A DNA stretch of 63,882 nt, filler included, from Candidatus Woesearchaeota archaeon (GTDB lineage Archaea; Nanobdellota; Nanobdellia; Woesearchaeales; BM511): the NCBI GenBank assembly GCA_023266675.1. It is 6 parts of 6 records of this genome, joined end to end, with 100 filler letters (N's around TTAATTAATTAA, not from the genome) between each part and the next. Parts side by side here need not be neighbours in the genome. Positions count along the whole stretch, not along the records: positions 21,314 to 42,290 come from JAHFPP010000018.1; positions 42,391 to 48,404 come from JAHFPP010000073.1; 4 more parts are not named here. The stretch is one strand, 5' to 3'. Shown here piece after piece: positions 37,509 to 47,596 of this stretch (position 1 is the first letter of the stretch; each line of letters opens with the position of its first letter). Both the position numbers and the translations under genes were made by a program. Below the pieces are notes generated by a model that saw only the letters and a program-made list of their open reading frames with translations, was not told the DNA's origin and made no database searches.

Positions 37509-38675
37509 ATGATAAAGATTCCAAGAGACTACATCATAGAGAAAATAAAGGAAAAATCAGGACTTTCAAGTCAGGAAATAAATGACAAAATCAAGGCAAA
37601 GCTTGAAGAGTTGTCAGGGCTTATTTCTGAAGATGGTGCAGCTCACATAATCGCCAATGAGCTTGGGATAAAAATCATGGAAGCTCAGGAAGCGCTTTCT
37701 ATTAAGGACATATTTGCAGGCATGAGAAATATAGAGCTTGTAGGCAAAGTCACACGGGTTTTTGAAGTAAGGACATTTAATACGCCGCAAAGGTCAGGAA
37801 AAGTCGGTTCATTCATGATTGCGGACGCAACTGGACAAACAAGAATAGTCGCATGGGGTAATCAGGCAGACGTGCTTTCAAAACTTAAGGAAGGCGACGT
37901 TGTGCGCGTAAAATCAGGATACGCAAAAGAAAACCAGGGAAAAATAGAAGTAAACCTTAACGATAATTCTCAAATAATAATAAATCCTGAAGGTGTCACG
38001 ATTGGCGACGTTAAAACTCGCGAGAATTCACAAAGAAAAAAAATTTCAGAACTGAGCAACAATGACCAAAACGTGGAAGTGCTTGGAACAGTTGTTCAGG
38101 CGTTTGACCCAAGATACTTTGAAGTTTGCCCAACATGCACTAAAAGAATAAAGAACCAGGGACTTGTTTTCAAATGTGATGCACACGGCGAAATAGCTTC
38201 CCCGGATTATTCATATGTCATGAATGCAATAATTGATGACGGCTCAGAAACAATAAGAACAATATTCTTTAGAAACCAGATGCAGCACCTTACTAATCTC
38301 ACACATGACGAAATAATCAACAGAAAAGGCGGAAGCTTTGAAGAAATAAAAAATGATTTGCTAGGAAAAATAATAAAAGTCATAGGACGAGTCTCAACAA
38401 ATGAGATGTTCTCAAGAATAGAGCTCGTTGCGCAGGTTGTTGATTCAAATCCTAATGCATCTGAAGAATTAAAAAGAATTGAAGCTGAAAAACCTGTAGC
38501 AGCAAAAATTGAAATCGTAAAGCCAGCTGTACAAAAAACAGAAGCTCCAAAACAAGTTGAAAAAAAACAGGTTTTTGAAGCGCCAAAACCTATTCCTAAA
38601 AAAGAAATAAGTGAAGACATAATCAGACTTGACGACATAGAAAGCGTTGACGATGATGACGATATATATGAATAA
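37509..38675 (+). CDS. rpa: Replication protein A (OB folds plus Zn finger)
   Basis: GLISEDGAAHIIA, GKVGSFMIADATG, CPTC..CDAH, IDDGSETIR, acidic tail. Confidence 0.85.
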   Translation: MIKIPRDYIIEKIKEKSGLSSQEINDKIKAKLEELSGLISEDGAAHIIANELGIKIMEAQEALSIKDIFAGMRNIELVGKVTRVFEVRTFNTPQRSGKVGSFMIADATGQTRIVAWGNQADVLSKLKEGDVVRVKSGYAKENQGKIEVNLNDNSQIIINPEGVTIGDVKTRENSQRKKISELSNNDQNVEVLGTVVQAFDPRYFEVCPTCTKRIKNQGLVFKCDAHGEIASPDYSYVMNAIIDDGSETIRTIFFRNQMQHLTNLTHDEIINRKGGSFEEIKNDLLGKIIKVIGRVSTNEMFSRIELVAQVVDSNPNASEELKRIEAEKPVAAKIEIVKPAVQKTEAPKQVEKKQVFEAPKPIPKKEISEDIIRLDDIESVDDDDDIYE

Positions 38676-38760
38676 GAATACTTCTAATCATATAAATTAA
38701 TTAAAATTTTATTTTAGATAATTTTATTATCCATTAATATTATTCTTAATAAAAATTCAT

Positions 38761-41556
38761 CTAATTGCAAGTACAAGAACCGTCTGATGCAATTACAGAT
38801 GAGCAATATCCTATTTGCGTTGCTGTTTTCCAGCAAGTTGCTCGTCCAACAACTCCTGTTCCAGTTGAAACAGATGTACCACTCCATGTCAATGCGCCAT
38901 TGTCATTATATATCGTATTTGCATTAACACCTGGAACAGCGCTGTTCAAATAAATCCCAGCATACGACCCATTAGTTCCATTAATATCCAACTTATTATT
39001 AGGCACAGACGTACCAACTCCAACATTACCAACACTATTCACAACAAAATTACTAGTGATATTAGCTGAAGAATTAGTATAAATAGTTGCATTAACTGTA
39101 CTAATCGTTTGATAACGAACAATAACAACACCAGAACCTCCTGCACCACTATATCCCGTTCCTGAATTATAACCTCCGCCACCTCCGCCAGCACCTGTAT
39201 TTGGTGTTCCTGAAATAGCATTAGTATCATCCCTGCTTCCAGCTCCACCACCACCAACTGCGCTTCCGCTGCCTTCAGTGCAAACAACACCATAAGTGCT
39301 TCCTCCTCCACCTCCTCCACCTGCATAGTAAACATTTGATCCATTTATTGAGGAGTTAGTTCCATTTCCTCCAATACCACCTACTGTTCCTTGTCTGTCA
39401 TTACCTACGGCTCCAGCTCCTCCGCCTCCACCTCCACAATAAGGATTAACATTACCAAGTCCACCATTATTTCCTTGTCCTAATGTACCATTACCACCTG
39501 AGGCCCAACCAGTTCCTCCCCCGCCAGAACTCCCATTATTACCAGGTCCTACTGCAGCTGCTCCTGCACCACCTCCTATTGAAGTTATATTTCCAAAAAC
39601 AGAATTTCTACCATCTCCAGAAGGACTTCCTCCTGCATTAGATTGAGAAGGGCCACCACTTCCAACAGTAACAGTAATAGAGACTCCCGTATCAACAGTA
39701 TAACCTGTGCCGTTTCTAAATCCACCAGCCCCACCACCACCGCCTGCATAACCTCCATTACTTCTACCACCTGCACCACCACCACCCACAACTAAGTATT
39801 CTACTGTACCATTGAAACTTGGCGTAAAAGTTCCATTGCTTGTAAAAGTATGAACTGTGTAATTAATTCCATTAACAAGAATAGTAGTTATTGTACCGCC
39901 GGTAGCGGTATTTGTAATATTAACTAAACCTATATGTGAATTTAATACAGTAACATTACTAGCCTGATTAAAAATATTCAATGTTCCGTTACTAATAGAA
40001 ATATTTGAACGTGATAAACTCACATTCAAACTAGTTGTAATAATTGTTGAAGCATTACTCCATCCTGCAGCATTATTCTGATAAGGCAGAGTTGTTAAGT
40101 TGTAAAAACCAGAAGGATTTCCAATTGCGTAATACAAATTATTTAATTGTGATGTTGTGTTATATCCAGACTTGTCTGCAGTCCAGTTACCAATGCTAGC
40201 AATTGCTGCTGATTCATTGTTTGGCCAAGTTGTTTGGCAATTTCCATTCAAACAAATTTGTGGGGTTGAAATATTTCCACTGGCATTAACATTTCCAACA
40301 ACATGTAAAGCTTGATTAGGACTTGTTGTTCCAATACCAACTTTTGAATTTGTATTATCAATAAATAAATTATTCAGTGAGATATTGTTGGAAGTGTTTG
40401 CGAGTGAAACTTGGTTTGAAGATACACTCCAACCTGTTCCAGTGCAGGTACTAACAGTTAAAGAGGTGCTTGTTAAGTATCTTACAATAACTATTCCAGC
40501 ACCACCATTGCCTCCTGCTACTACGTTATTCTTTCCGTTTCCTCCTCCTCCTCCTCCAGTATTTACAATTCCTGAAGATGCAGGGTCATGAGAGGCATCT
40601 CCTCCATCTCCTCCTCCGCAAGTTGCTAGTCCTTGAGTGTTTCCTTGCAATGTTCCTCCCCCTCCTCCTCCTCCAGCGTAACAAACAATAGAACCATTAA
40701 TTGAATTATTAATTCCTAACCCCCCATTACCTGCTGGTGGATTTCCTGAATTTCCAGTATCATGTCCACCAACTCCACCAGCACCACCCCCTCCTCCCGA
40801 TGCTAAAGTAAGTATGTTATTATCTCCTCCTGAATATCCTTGTCCTGCGGTTCCATTACCTCCAACTAAAGAACTTCCACCAGCGCCTCCTCCACCTCCA
40901 GAGCTACCATTACCTCCACTTTGTTGACCTCCTCCTGCACCTCCAAATCCTCCACCCAGTGCAGTTATATTCCAAAAAGAAGAATTACCTCCTTGTATAG
41001 CAGATACTGTGTTTGTTCCACCTGTTCCGCCGTTACCTATGGTTATATTATAACTTTGAGACGTGATATTTACAGTACCATTTCTAAAACCGCCTCCTCC
41101 TCCACCTGCTCCACCATTATTTCCGCCTCCTCCTCCGCCACCACCAACGATTAAGTATTCAATTGTTATATTGATATTTGGAGTAAAAGTTCCATTAGAT
41201 GTGAAAGTGTGAACAGTATAATTTATTCCATTGACAAGAATCGTTGTAATCGTTCCACCTGTAGCGCTTATTGTAGTTGTTGTGTCTGTACATGTCGTCT
41301 GCTGCCACGTAGTTTGGCATACTCCTCCAAGACAAATTTGTGGTGTGTATAATATTGAAGAAATATTTACTGAACCATTCACATCAAGTTTTTGAGACGG
41401 CGACCCAACACCAATCCCAATATTACCTGACGAAGAATTCTGAGTGAAAGTGAAACTAGCAGGGTTGTAAGTAGCAAAAACACTGACTGATAAAATGATG
41501 AGTGTCAAAACTAATACAGAGTTTCTCATATTATTTTTTATTCTATTTTTTATCAT
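38761..41556 (-). CDS. Secreted Gly-rich fibre/adhesin with tail-fibre-like NVGIGT repeats
   Basis: Signal peptide; two HTFTSNGTF..EYL.VGGGG..G.VIVRY Gly-rich domains; GNIGIG/KVGIGTTSP/GNVGVGT repeats; Cys-rich tip. Confidence 0.85.
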   Translation of the reverse strand: MIKNRIKNNMRNSVLVLTLIILSVSVFATYNPASFTFTQNSSSGNIGIGVGSPSQKLDVNGSVNISSILYTPQICLGGVCQTTWQQTTCTDTTTTISATGGTITTILVNGINYTVHTFTSNGTFTPNINITIEYLIVGGGGGGGGNNGGAGGGGGGFRNGTVNITSQSYNITIGNGGTGGTNTVSAIQGGNSSFWNITALGGGFGGAGGGQQSGGNGSSGGGGGAGGSSLVGGNGTAGQGYSGGDNNILTLASGGGGGAGGVGGHDTGNSGNPPAGNGGLGINNSINGSIVCYAGGGGGGGTLQGNTQGLATCGGGDGGDASHDPASSGIVNTGGGGGGNGKNNVVAGGNGGAGIVIVRYLTSTSLTVSTCTGTGWSVSSNQVSLANTSNNISLNNLFIDNTNSKVGIGTTSPNQALHVVGNVNASGNISTPQICLNGNCQTTWPNNESAAIASIGNWTADKSGYNTTSQLNNLYYAIGNPSGFYNLTTLPYQNNAAGWSNASTIITTSLNVSLSRSNISISNGTLNIFNQASNVTVLNSHIGLVNITNTATGGTITTILVNGINYTVHTFTSNGTFTPSFNGTVEYLVVGGGGAGGRSNGGYAGGGGGAGGFRNGTGYTVDTGVSITVTVGSGGPSQSNAGGSPSGDGRNSVFGNITSIGGGAGAAAVGPGNNGSSGGGGTGWASGGNGTLGQGNNGGLGNVNPYCGGGGGGAGAVGNDRQGTVGGIGGNGTNSSINGSNVYYAGGGGGGGSTYGVVCTEGSGSAVGGGGAGSRDDTNAISGTPNTGAGGGGGGYNSGTGYSGAGGSGVVIVRYQTISTVNATIYTNSSANITSNFVVNSVGNVGVGTSVPNNKLDINGTNGSYAGIYLNSAVPGVNANTIYNDNGALTWSGTSVSTGTGVVGRATCWKTATQIGYCSSVIASDGSCTCN

Positions 41557-41559
41557 TTT

Positions 41560-42290
41560 CTATGAGCAAATACTTGCATTTTGATGATCAATACAAATCA
41601 ATTTTTTTAAATCATTTATTTTTTTATTCTGTTCATCTATCTGATTTTGTTTTATTTTATTATCAAAATCTAATTTTTCAAGTTGTGATTGTTGCTCCTG
41701 TATTGCTTTGACTAGTTTCCAGCTATTTACTTCTGAAACCATTAGGTATCCGTCGCTTCCGTTTTTGACTAATTCAGGAATTGTCTGCAAAGTTTCTTGC
41801 GCGATGAGACCAGTCATGTTGTTACCACTCGCAATTACTGTGTAATCTCTAACTTTTAACTTCATCAAATCAGGAATAACTGACTTAGCGTCGTGAATAT
41901 TAGTTTTAAGACGCGCATCAGATGAGCACGTAACAGTTTCACTTCCAGACTCAGGATTATGCAAACATGTACCATCGCTGTCAAATAATTTTAAAACGTC
42001 ATTATCAGATGAAGTTGAACCCCAAGTTAATGCTCCATTATCATTATAAATCGTGTTTGCGTTAACTCCGGGGATTGCGCTATTTAAATAAATCCCGGCA
42101 TATGTTCCATTTGTTCCATTAACATCTAATTTATTATTTGGTGTTGTTGTTCCAATTCCTACGTTACCAACATTATTTAAAATAAAATTACTTGAAATAT
42201 TTGCTGAATTATTAGTATAGATTGTTGTATTAATTGTACTAATAGTTTGATATCGAACAATAACAATACCTGAACCGCCATTACCACCTC
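41560..42290 (-). CDS. Fibre protein paralogue with C-terminal S74 intramolecular chaperone domain (5' truncated by gap)
   Basis: Frame open to gap: GSGIVIVRY..GNVGIGTTTP..SSDARLK..GLIAQE..PELV..LVKAIQEQQ. Confidence 0.85.
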
Positions 42291-42390
42291 NNNNNNNNNN
42301 NNNNNNNNNNNNNNNNNNNNNNNNNNNNNNNNNNTTAATTAATTAANNNNNNNNNNNNNNNNNNNNNNNNNNNNNNNNNNNNNNNNNNNN

Positions 42391-42515
42391 GGAAAACATA
42401 TGTTGTGATAAACTTCAAGACAGAGATGAAAAAGTATAATAGGGATTATCATAAACCAGATGAAAATGAAGGATATGTGGTGCCTGATTGTTCTGTTGTA
42501 ATATTTGTAGTCCAT
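42391..42515 (-). CDS. Membrane hypothetical protein, N-terminal fragment (3' truncated by gap)
   Basis: MDYKYYNRTIRHHISFIFIWFMIIPIILFHLCLEVYHNICF running into gap. Confidence 0.5.
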
Positions 42516-42685
42516 TTTAAAATGGGTTATGCATCTCTTTTTAAAGTTTACTCTAAACGAGAATGATGTTAAAATAGATAAGTTGAGTTAGTATTAGAAA
42601 AAATAATAGAAAGAGTTGGTATTTTAGTTTTATTATATTTATACAACGTCATTATTTATTCATGTTCTCATTATCGGATTTATTA

Positions 42686-43957
42686 TTATAATTCTAGATT
42701 ATCCTTTGTTATTTTATGCGGTTTATAGAATATGGAAAAATTTACTCCTGCAAATATGATGATGAATGCTGCTATGATTAGCGGTGTGTAAGGAGATATG
42801 TTTGATGCGATTATCCCTGCAAGTATCGGAGGAAAAATCTGCGCGAATGCCTGCACACTTGAATTAATCCCCATTATCTCTCCCTGAATCTTCTGGTAGC
42901 TTGATGAGCTTATTAAACCGGATAGATTCGCCATTGTTACACCATTGAAGAATGCAAAGAATGGAGCAATAAACAAAAGGCCCCACCAGACAGTTGGTAT
43001 GAAGTAGAGTAATATGGAAATTCCTGTTCCAAGCAGCCCGAGAGTTATTAATTTTTCAGTTTTTATTCTGGTTATTAATCTTATAAAAACTCCCTGTGTA
43101 AGCACTATCCATACACCAACGTACGCGAAGAAGTCGCCGATATTACCTTGGGTGAATCCTAATTTTAGTATGAGGTAAACAGCAAAGAAGGTTGTGTAAA
43201 AGGTGAATCCTGCAGTAAACAAAAATGAAGTAAGAAATAATAGCCTTAAGTCCTTGTATGTATACGCTTTCAATATGTTTCTCACTGATTTGTTTAACAT
43301 TATTTTTGACGCAGATTCTTTTACTTCATGAGTTTCCTTAAAAAAGAAGTAAATGAATATTATGTTTAGAAAACTTAGTATTGCTGCAAACCAGAAAGGC
43401 GTCGCTGCATGAAACCATGGAAGAATTGTTGGGTCGGATAGTTTTCCGCCGATGTATGGTCCAATAATAAATCCTAGCCCGAAAGCTGCGCCTATAAGAC
43501 CAAAATTTTTTGCACGATTTGCAGGTGTTGTAACGTCAGCAATTGCCGCCTGGGCAACTGCAATATTTCCTCCTGTGGCGCCATCAAGAGATCTTGCAAA
43601 GAACAGCAAAGGAATATTTTTTGTGAGTATTGCATACGCAAACAAAAGGTAAGATATGCACGTTCCAAGTATGGATATTAGAAGAATCTTTTTTCGTCCG
43701 TATTTATCTGAAAGCTGCCCAAGTATTGGCGCAGACAAAAACTGAAAGAGAGGAAATGCCGCAAGTAAGAATCCAAGAAGGATGTACCCCGTATTGACAC
43801 TGACTCCAGCTGGAAGAAGATAAAACGGTGATGCTGAATCTGCAAGCAAAAGCGGGATTACAGGTATAAGAATTCCATATCCAAGCATATCAATAAACAC
43901 TGTCATGAAAATTATATGCATTGGATTTCTTGATTTTTCAGATGATTTTTTTTCCAT
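42686..43957 (-). CDS. MFS drug:H+ antiporter (TetA/DHA1-like)
   Basis: FIDMLGYGILIPVIP, GQLSDKYGRK, RSLDGATGG, AAFGLGFIIGP. Confidence 0.93.
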   Translation of the reverse strand: MEKKSSEKSRNPMHIIFMTVFIDMLGYGILIPVIPLLLADSASPFYLLPAGVSVNTGYILLGFLLAAFPLFQFLSAPILGQLSDKYGRKKILLISILGTCISYLLFAYAILTKNIPLLFFARSLDGATGGNIAVAQAAIADVTTPANRAKNFGLIGAAFGLGFIIGPYIGGKLSDPTILPWFHAATPFWFAAILSFLNIIFIYFFFKETHEVKESASKIMLNKSVRNILKAYTYKDLRLLFLTSFLFTAGFTFYTTFFAVYLILKLGFTQGNIGDFFAYVGVWIVLTQGVFIRLITRIKTEKLITLGLLGTGISILLYFIPTVWWGLLFIAPFFAFFNGVTMANLSGLISSSSYQKIQGEIMGINSSVQAFAQIFPPILAGIIASNISPYTPLIIAAFIIIFAGVNFSIFYKPHKITKDNLEL

Positions 43958-44104
43958 TAAAAAAAAGTAAAATTATCTGAATTTAAAGGTATGGTTTAAT
44001 TGTGTTATAAGAAAGAAAAACATAGGTAGAATAAAAAAGAGAAACAGAAGTAACAAGGTTTTATCAAAAAGACTTATATATAATAAAGTTGATTCATAGT
44101 TTAT

Positions 44105-44968
44105 ATGGGAAAGTTAAAAGCAGCGCTTGTTTCAATTGCGATAAATGTTACGCTATTAATCAGCAAGGTTGGCGTTGCGGTAATCACAGGTTCTGTTGGA
44201 ATATTTGCTGAGGCAATTCATTCATCTTTTGACCTGATTTCTTCGGTTCTTGCATATTTTGGAATAAAAAAAGCAGAAGAGCCTGATGATACTTCACACC
44301 ATTACGGCCATGACAAGTTTGAAAATCTCTCCTCGCTTCTCCAGGCTTTACTAATCACAGGAACATCATTCTTCGTTATGTTTGAGGCATATCATAAGTT
44401 TATAAAACCGTTACCTGTTGAAAATTCTGAGATTGGAATAATTCTTATGGCAATAACGATACCTGTGACTTTCTTTACTGCAAGATATCTTTCTGCAGCT
44501 GCAAAAAAAGATGGAGGGTCGCATGCACTTGAGGCTGACTCAGCCCATTTCACAACAGATGTTATAGGCTCAGTCGCAGTTTTACTTGGACTTTTAATGG
44601 TAAAAATCGGACTTCCATGGGGTGATCCGCTTGCTGCATTAATTGTCGGTTTGGTAATGTTATATATCTCATATGATATTGGAACTCGAGCATTTTATGT
44701 TTTCATGGACTTTAGTCCTGATAAGAAAAAGATTGCAAAGATAAAGAAGGTACTAGACAATGCACGAAGAAAGAAAAAGATTAGCGCGTACCATAAGCTT
44801 AGGGCAAGAATGGCTGGAAGCAAAATACTTCTTGAATTTCACATATTAGTTAATAAAAATCTTGATGTTACATCAGCTCATAAGATATCATCAGAAATAA
44901 AACATGAAATAAAAATTGCTGTTCCCGAGGTTAAAGAAGCCACGATACACATTGAACCTGATTCTTAG
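44105..44968 (+). CDS. Cation diffusion facilitator (FieF-like)
   Basis: AEAIHSSFD, HHYGHDKFE, ADSAHFTTD, HIEP. Confidence 0.93.
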   Translation: MGKLKAALVSIAINVTLLISKVGVAVITGSVGIFAEAIHSSFDLISSVLAYFGIKKAEEPDDTSHHYGHDKFENLSSLLQALLITGTSFFVMFEAYHKFIKPLPVENSEIGIILMAITIPVTFFTARYLSAAAKKDGGSHALEADSAHFTTDVIGSVAVLLGLLMVKIGLPWGDPLAALIVGLVMLYISYDIGTRAFYVFMDFSPDKKKIAKIKKVLDNARRKKKISAYHKLRARMAGSKILLEFHILVNKNLDVTSAHKISSEIKHEIKIAVPEVKEATIHIEPDS

Positions 44969-44971
44969 AAT

Positions 44972-45757
44972 TTATCTGTTTTCTTTTAAGCGCTTTTCTA
45001 AATCATGAATTGGTTTTAGCGAAACTTCTGTTCCACTCTCGCCATGAACTGAATAGTCAAATGGGTTGTCAAGATCTTTAATTAAAAAGAACATGTATGA
45101 AATTAGGAATGTAACAAGCATTGTGAAGATTAGTGATTCATAGAATTTATCCATCTTAATTAGTATCATTGCAACTGCTATTGAAACCCCAAGTGCTTCA
45201 ACGATTGCGTATCCTGATGCGATAAAATCTGTGTCCCTGATTGTATGTATTCTTATTATCATCTTTCTAAGATTGTTTTGCTCAGTCTTCATTCTAATGA
45301 TGAATCCGGCCTGTACTCCCTCTTTCTCCATCTCAATGAAAAAAGCGTTCATTTTACTTACACTTTTAAGAATTGCGCTTGTTTTTTCTTTTTTGTAAAG
45401 CCAGTCGTTAAGAAGCTGCATGAAAGATTTATGGTATTCAAGGAAGTCCTTTGCTGCCTTTGAATTCTTTACGCTTATCATTGTATGTGCCTCATCATGA
45501 AGAGATTCCAAAGACGCTGCGAGTTCTCCTGGAAGTTTTTCGCTTTCCTTGTAATCTGAGAGAACGCCGGAGATTAAGAATCCTAAAAGGAATATTGTGC
45601 CCCCAACAAGGCTAGTAAATATTGCATTTAATGCAATCACTTCAAAGCCAAATTTATGTGAAAGTGTCTTTAAAATCAGAACAAGTAGCAGGATTGGTAT
45701 TATCTTTACAGCTATTGACCACTTCTGCCAAAACTTTGCAACATACTCATTTTTCAT
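44972..45757 (-). CDS. Membrane protein, bestrophin-like/DUF4239-like
   Basis: 4 TM, GFLISGVLSDYKESEK, IKDLDNPF. Confidence 0.7.
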   Translation of the reverse strand: MKNEYVAKFWQKWSIAVKIIPILLLVLILKTLSHKFGFEVIALNAIFTSLVGGTIFLLGFLISGVLSDYKESEKLPGELAASLESLHDEAHTMISVKNSKAAKDFLEYHKSFMQLLNDWLYKKEKTSAILKSVSKMNAFFIEMEKEGVQAGFIIRMKTEQNNLRKMIIRIHTIRDTDFIASGYAIVEALGVSIAVAMILIKMDKFYESLIFTMLVTFLISYMFFLIKDLDNPFDYSVHGESGTEVSLKPIHDLEKRLKENR

Positions 45758-46018
45758 GAGAGTCAGTTATTACAGGAATTTTATAAACCTTGCTAAAATA
45801 AATAGAGTTGTGCAGAAAATTATATTGCCCTTATTTGTGAGCATCTTTAAATCATAATTTGAACAAAAAGGAAGTTCCAGTGGGAATTTTTGTATTCTAA
45901 TAACAAATAGAAATGCGAACTTGGCAATGATAGCGTTAGCGATTTCTGCACAACTCCAATAAAATAAAGAAATGACCCCAATTTATTTAAATGCATAATT
46001 TTTTCTTTAGTTTATAGC

Positions 46019-46125
46019 AGCCCTGTAGTGTAGCGGCACAAGCAAAGAGTTAAGTCTCAAGCTTGCGCGAACAATCATTTCGCCCTCTGGAGGCGAAGAC
46101 CTCGGTTCAAATCCGAGCAGGGCTA
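46019..46125 (+). tRNA. tRNA-Gln(CTG) with 34-nt non-canonical D-loop intron (46038-46071)
   Basis: AGCCCTG/CAGGGCT-A; TCGCC-CT-CTG-GA-GGCGA; removing the insert gives TAGCGGCCAATCAT D-arm; relaxed BHB. Confidence 0.88.
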
Positions 46126-46158
46126 TCTTTTTCTTTAAAAATTTATCAGAAAAAAAGT

Positions 46159-47106
46159 TTAAACTATAAAATTAAACAGATACCCAATAATCATTATAGA
46201 TACTGCAACTATTCCAAAGAATATCATTATCAATTTTAGTTTCATTACGCGCCTAAGCATAACTGCTTCAGGGAGTGATAATGCAGCTGTTGACATTAAA
46301 AATGCGAGCGCTGTTCCGAGAGGAATGCCTTTGCCTACAAAAGCTGCGGCAATTGGTATGAGTGATGCGCATGAAGCGTAAAGCGGCACGCCGATAAGTG
46401 TTGCAATAGGGACTGCAAATATTCCTCCTTTGTTTACAAGTGACGAAAAGAATTTATCAGGAACATATCCGTGGATTACTGCAGCAACTCCTATTCCTAT
46501 AACTGCATAAAGCCATGTTTTTTTTAAAACATCAGACGCTTCTCCAAGACCAAACTTTATCCTTTCACTAAATAAAATATAAACTTTTTCTTTCCTTATC
46601 CTGTCCTGCTTTAAAAAATCTTTGACAAGGTATTTTTCAAGCTTCATTTTGCCAAGAATTATTCCTCCAGTTATTCCTATAAACATTCCTGCAAGGATAT
46701 AATACAAAGTTATTTTCAACCCAAAAACGCTTATCATCAAAACAGCAACATACTCGTTTACAAGAGGAGAGGTTATGAGAAACGAAAATCCGACACCAAG
46801 AGGCACTCCTGCATCTATCATTGAAAAAAATATTGGAATTGACGAGCACGAACAAAACGGAGTTACCGCCCCAAAAAGTGAGGCAAATAAATTACCAACA
46901 CCTTCCTTTTTTCCTGTGAGATACTTTTTTACTTTGTATGTTGGAAGATAAGTCCTAAGCGTTCCTACAAAAAGTATCATCAAGAAGAGCAACAGTAAAA
47001 CTTTAATTGTGTCATATACAAAGAAGCCTAACGCTTCAGCTAGTCTTTCATTTGATATGCCAAATAATCTTTTTACAGTTTCAAGTGTAATCGTTTCAAG
47101 ACTCAT
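46159..47106 (-). CDS. DUF318/ArsP-family permease
   Basis: TPFCSCSSIP, FLITSPLVNE, GVPLYAS, ALSLPE. Confidence 0.92.
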   Translation of the reverse strand: MSLETITLETVKRLFGISNERLAEALGFFVYDTIKVLLLLFLMILFVGTLRTYLPTYKVKKYLTGKKEGVGNLFASLFGAVTPFCSCSSIPIFFSMIDAGVPLGVGFSFLITSPLVNEYVAVLMISVFGLKITLYYILAGMFIGITGGIILGKMKLEKYLVKDFLKQDRIRKEKVYILFSERIKFGLGEASDVLKKTWLYAVIGIGVAAVIHGYVPDKFFSSLVNKGGIFAVPIATLIGVPLYASCASLIPIAAAFVGKGIPLGTALAFLMSTAALSLPEAVMLRRVMKLKLIMIFFGIVAVSIMIIGYLFNFIV

Positions 47107-47246
47107 TTCTTTTTAACCGTCTTTTTGTCTACTTTAACAGTTTTCTTAACAGGCGCACATTCATCAGAGCAGCATCCGCAGGATTCTTTTGATTTCTCTT
47201 CCATTTTTCTGTCAATATTTTCAAACAGTTTTTTCATAAATTTCAT
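47103..47246 (-). CDS. Small Cys-rich protein (47 aa, CGCCSDEC)
   Basis: ATGA overlaps with both arsR-like stop and permease start; GGAGGAG RBS; missed by ORF track. Confidence 0.75.
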   Translation of the reverse strand: MKFMKKLFENIDRKMEEKSKESCGCCSDECAPVKKTVKVDKKTVKKK

Positions 47247-47509
47247 GTTTTCTCCTCCATCATCCTTAAAATATTGATTAGTTTGTTGTTGTTTAGACAG
47301 TAGATTACCATTTTTCCATCCCTTCTGGACTTTATCATACCCAAATTCTGAAGTTTGGAAAGATGCATAGACGTGTTGCTTTGTGTCCGCTTAATTAAAG
47401 CAGGCAATTGGCACGCGCATCTTTCCTTGTTTAATAGCTCCTGAACTATCAAAAGCCTTGTTTCCTCTGAAAGCGCCTTGAAAATTTTAAGTTTATCCTT
47501 GTTAATCAT
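47243..47509 (-). CDS. ArsR/SmtB family transcriptional regulator
   Basis: FKALSEETRL, CACQL, QSNTSMHL, RRDGKMVIY. Confidence 0.93.
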   Translation of the reverse strand: MINKDKLKIFKALSEETRLLIVQELLNKERCACQLPALIKRTQSNTSMHLSKLQNLGMIKSRRDGKMVIYCLNNNKLINILRMMEEKT

Positions 47510-47530
47510 ATCAATATATATTGATATGAT
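47505..47530. promoter_or_regulatory. Perfect 26-bp palindrome, likely ArsR-family operator
   Basis: ATCATATCAATATATATTGATATGAT overlapping the regulator start codon, just downstream of a TTTAAATA box on the minus strand. Confidence 0.75.
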
Positions 47531-47596
47531 GATATATTTAAATCTTTCCCATCTTCACCCGTTTATTTTATATAGTGGTGGTTTTTTCTATGTTTT

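Noticed and set aside
38761..41556. Diversity-generating retroelement target
   Set aside because: Repeat differences are mostly synonymous or conservative rather than adenine-specific, both copies are coding, and no reverse transcriptase is in the window
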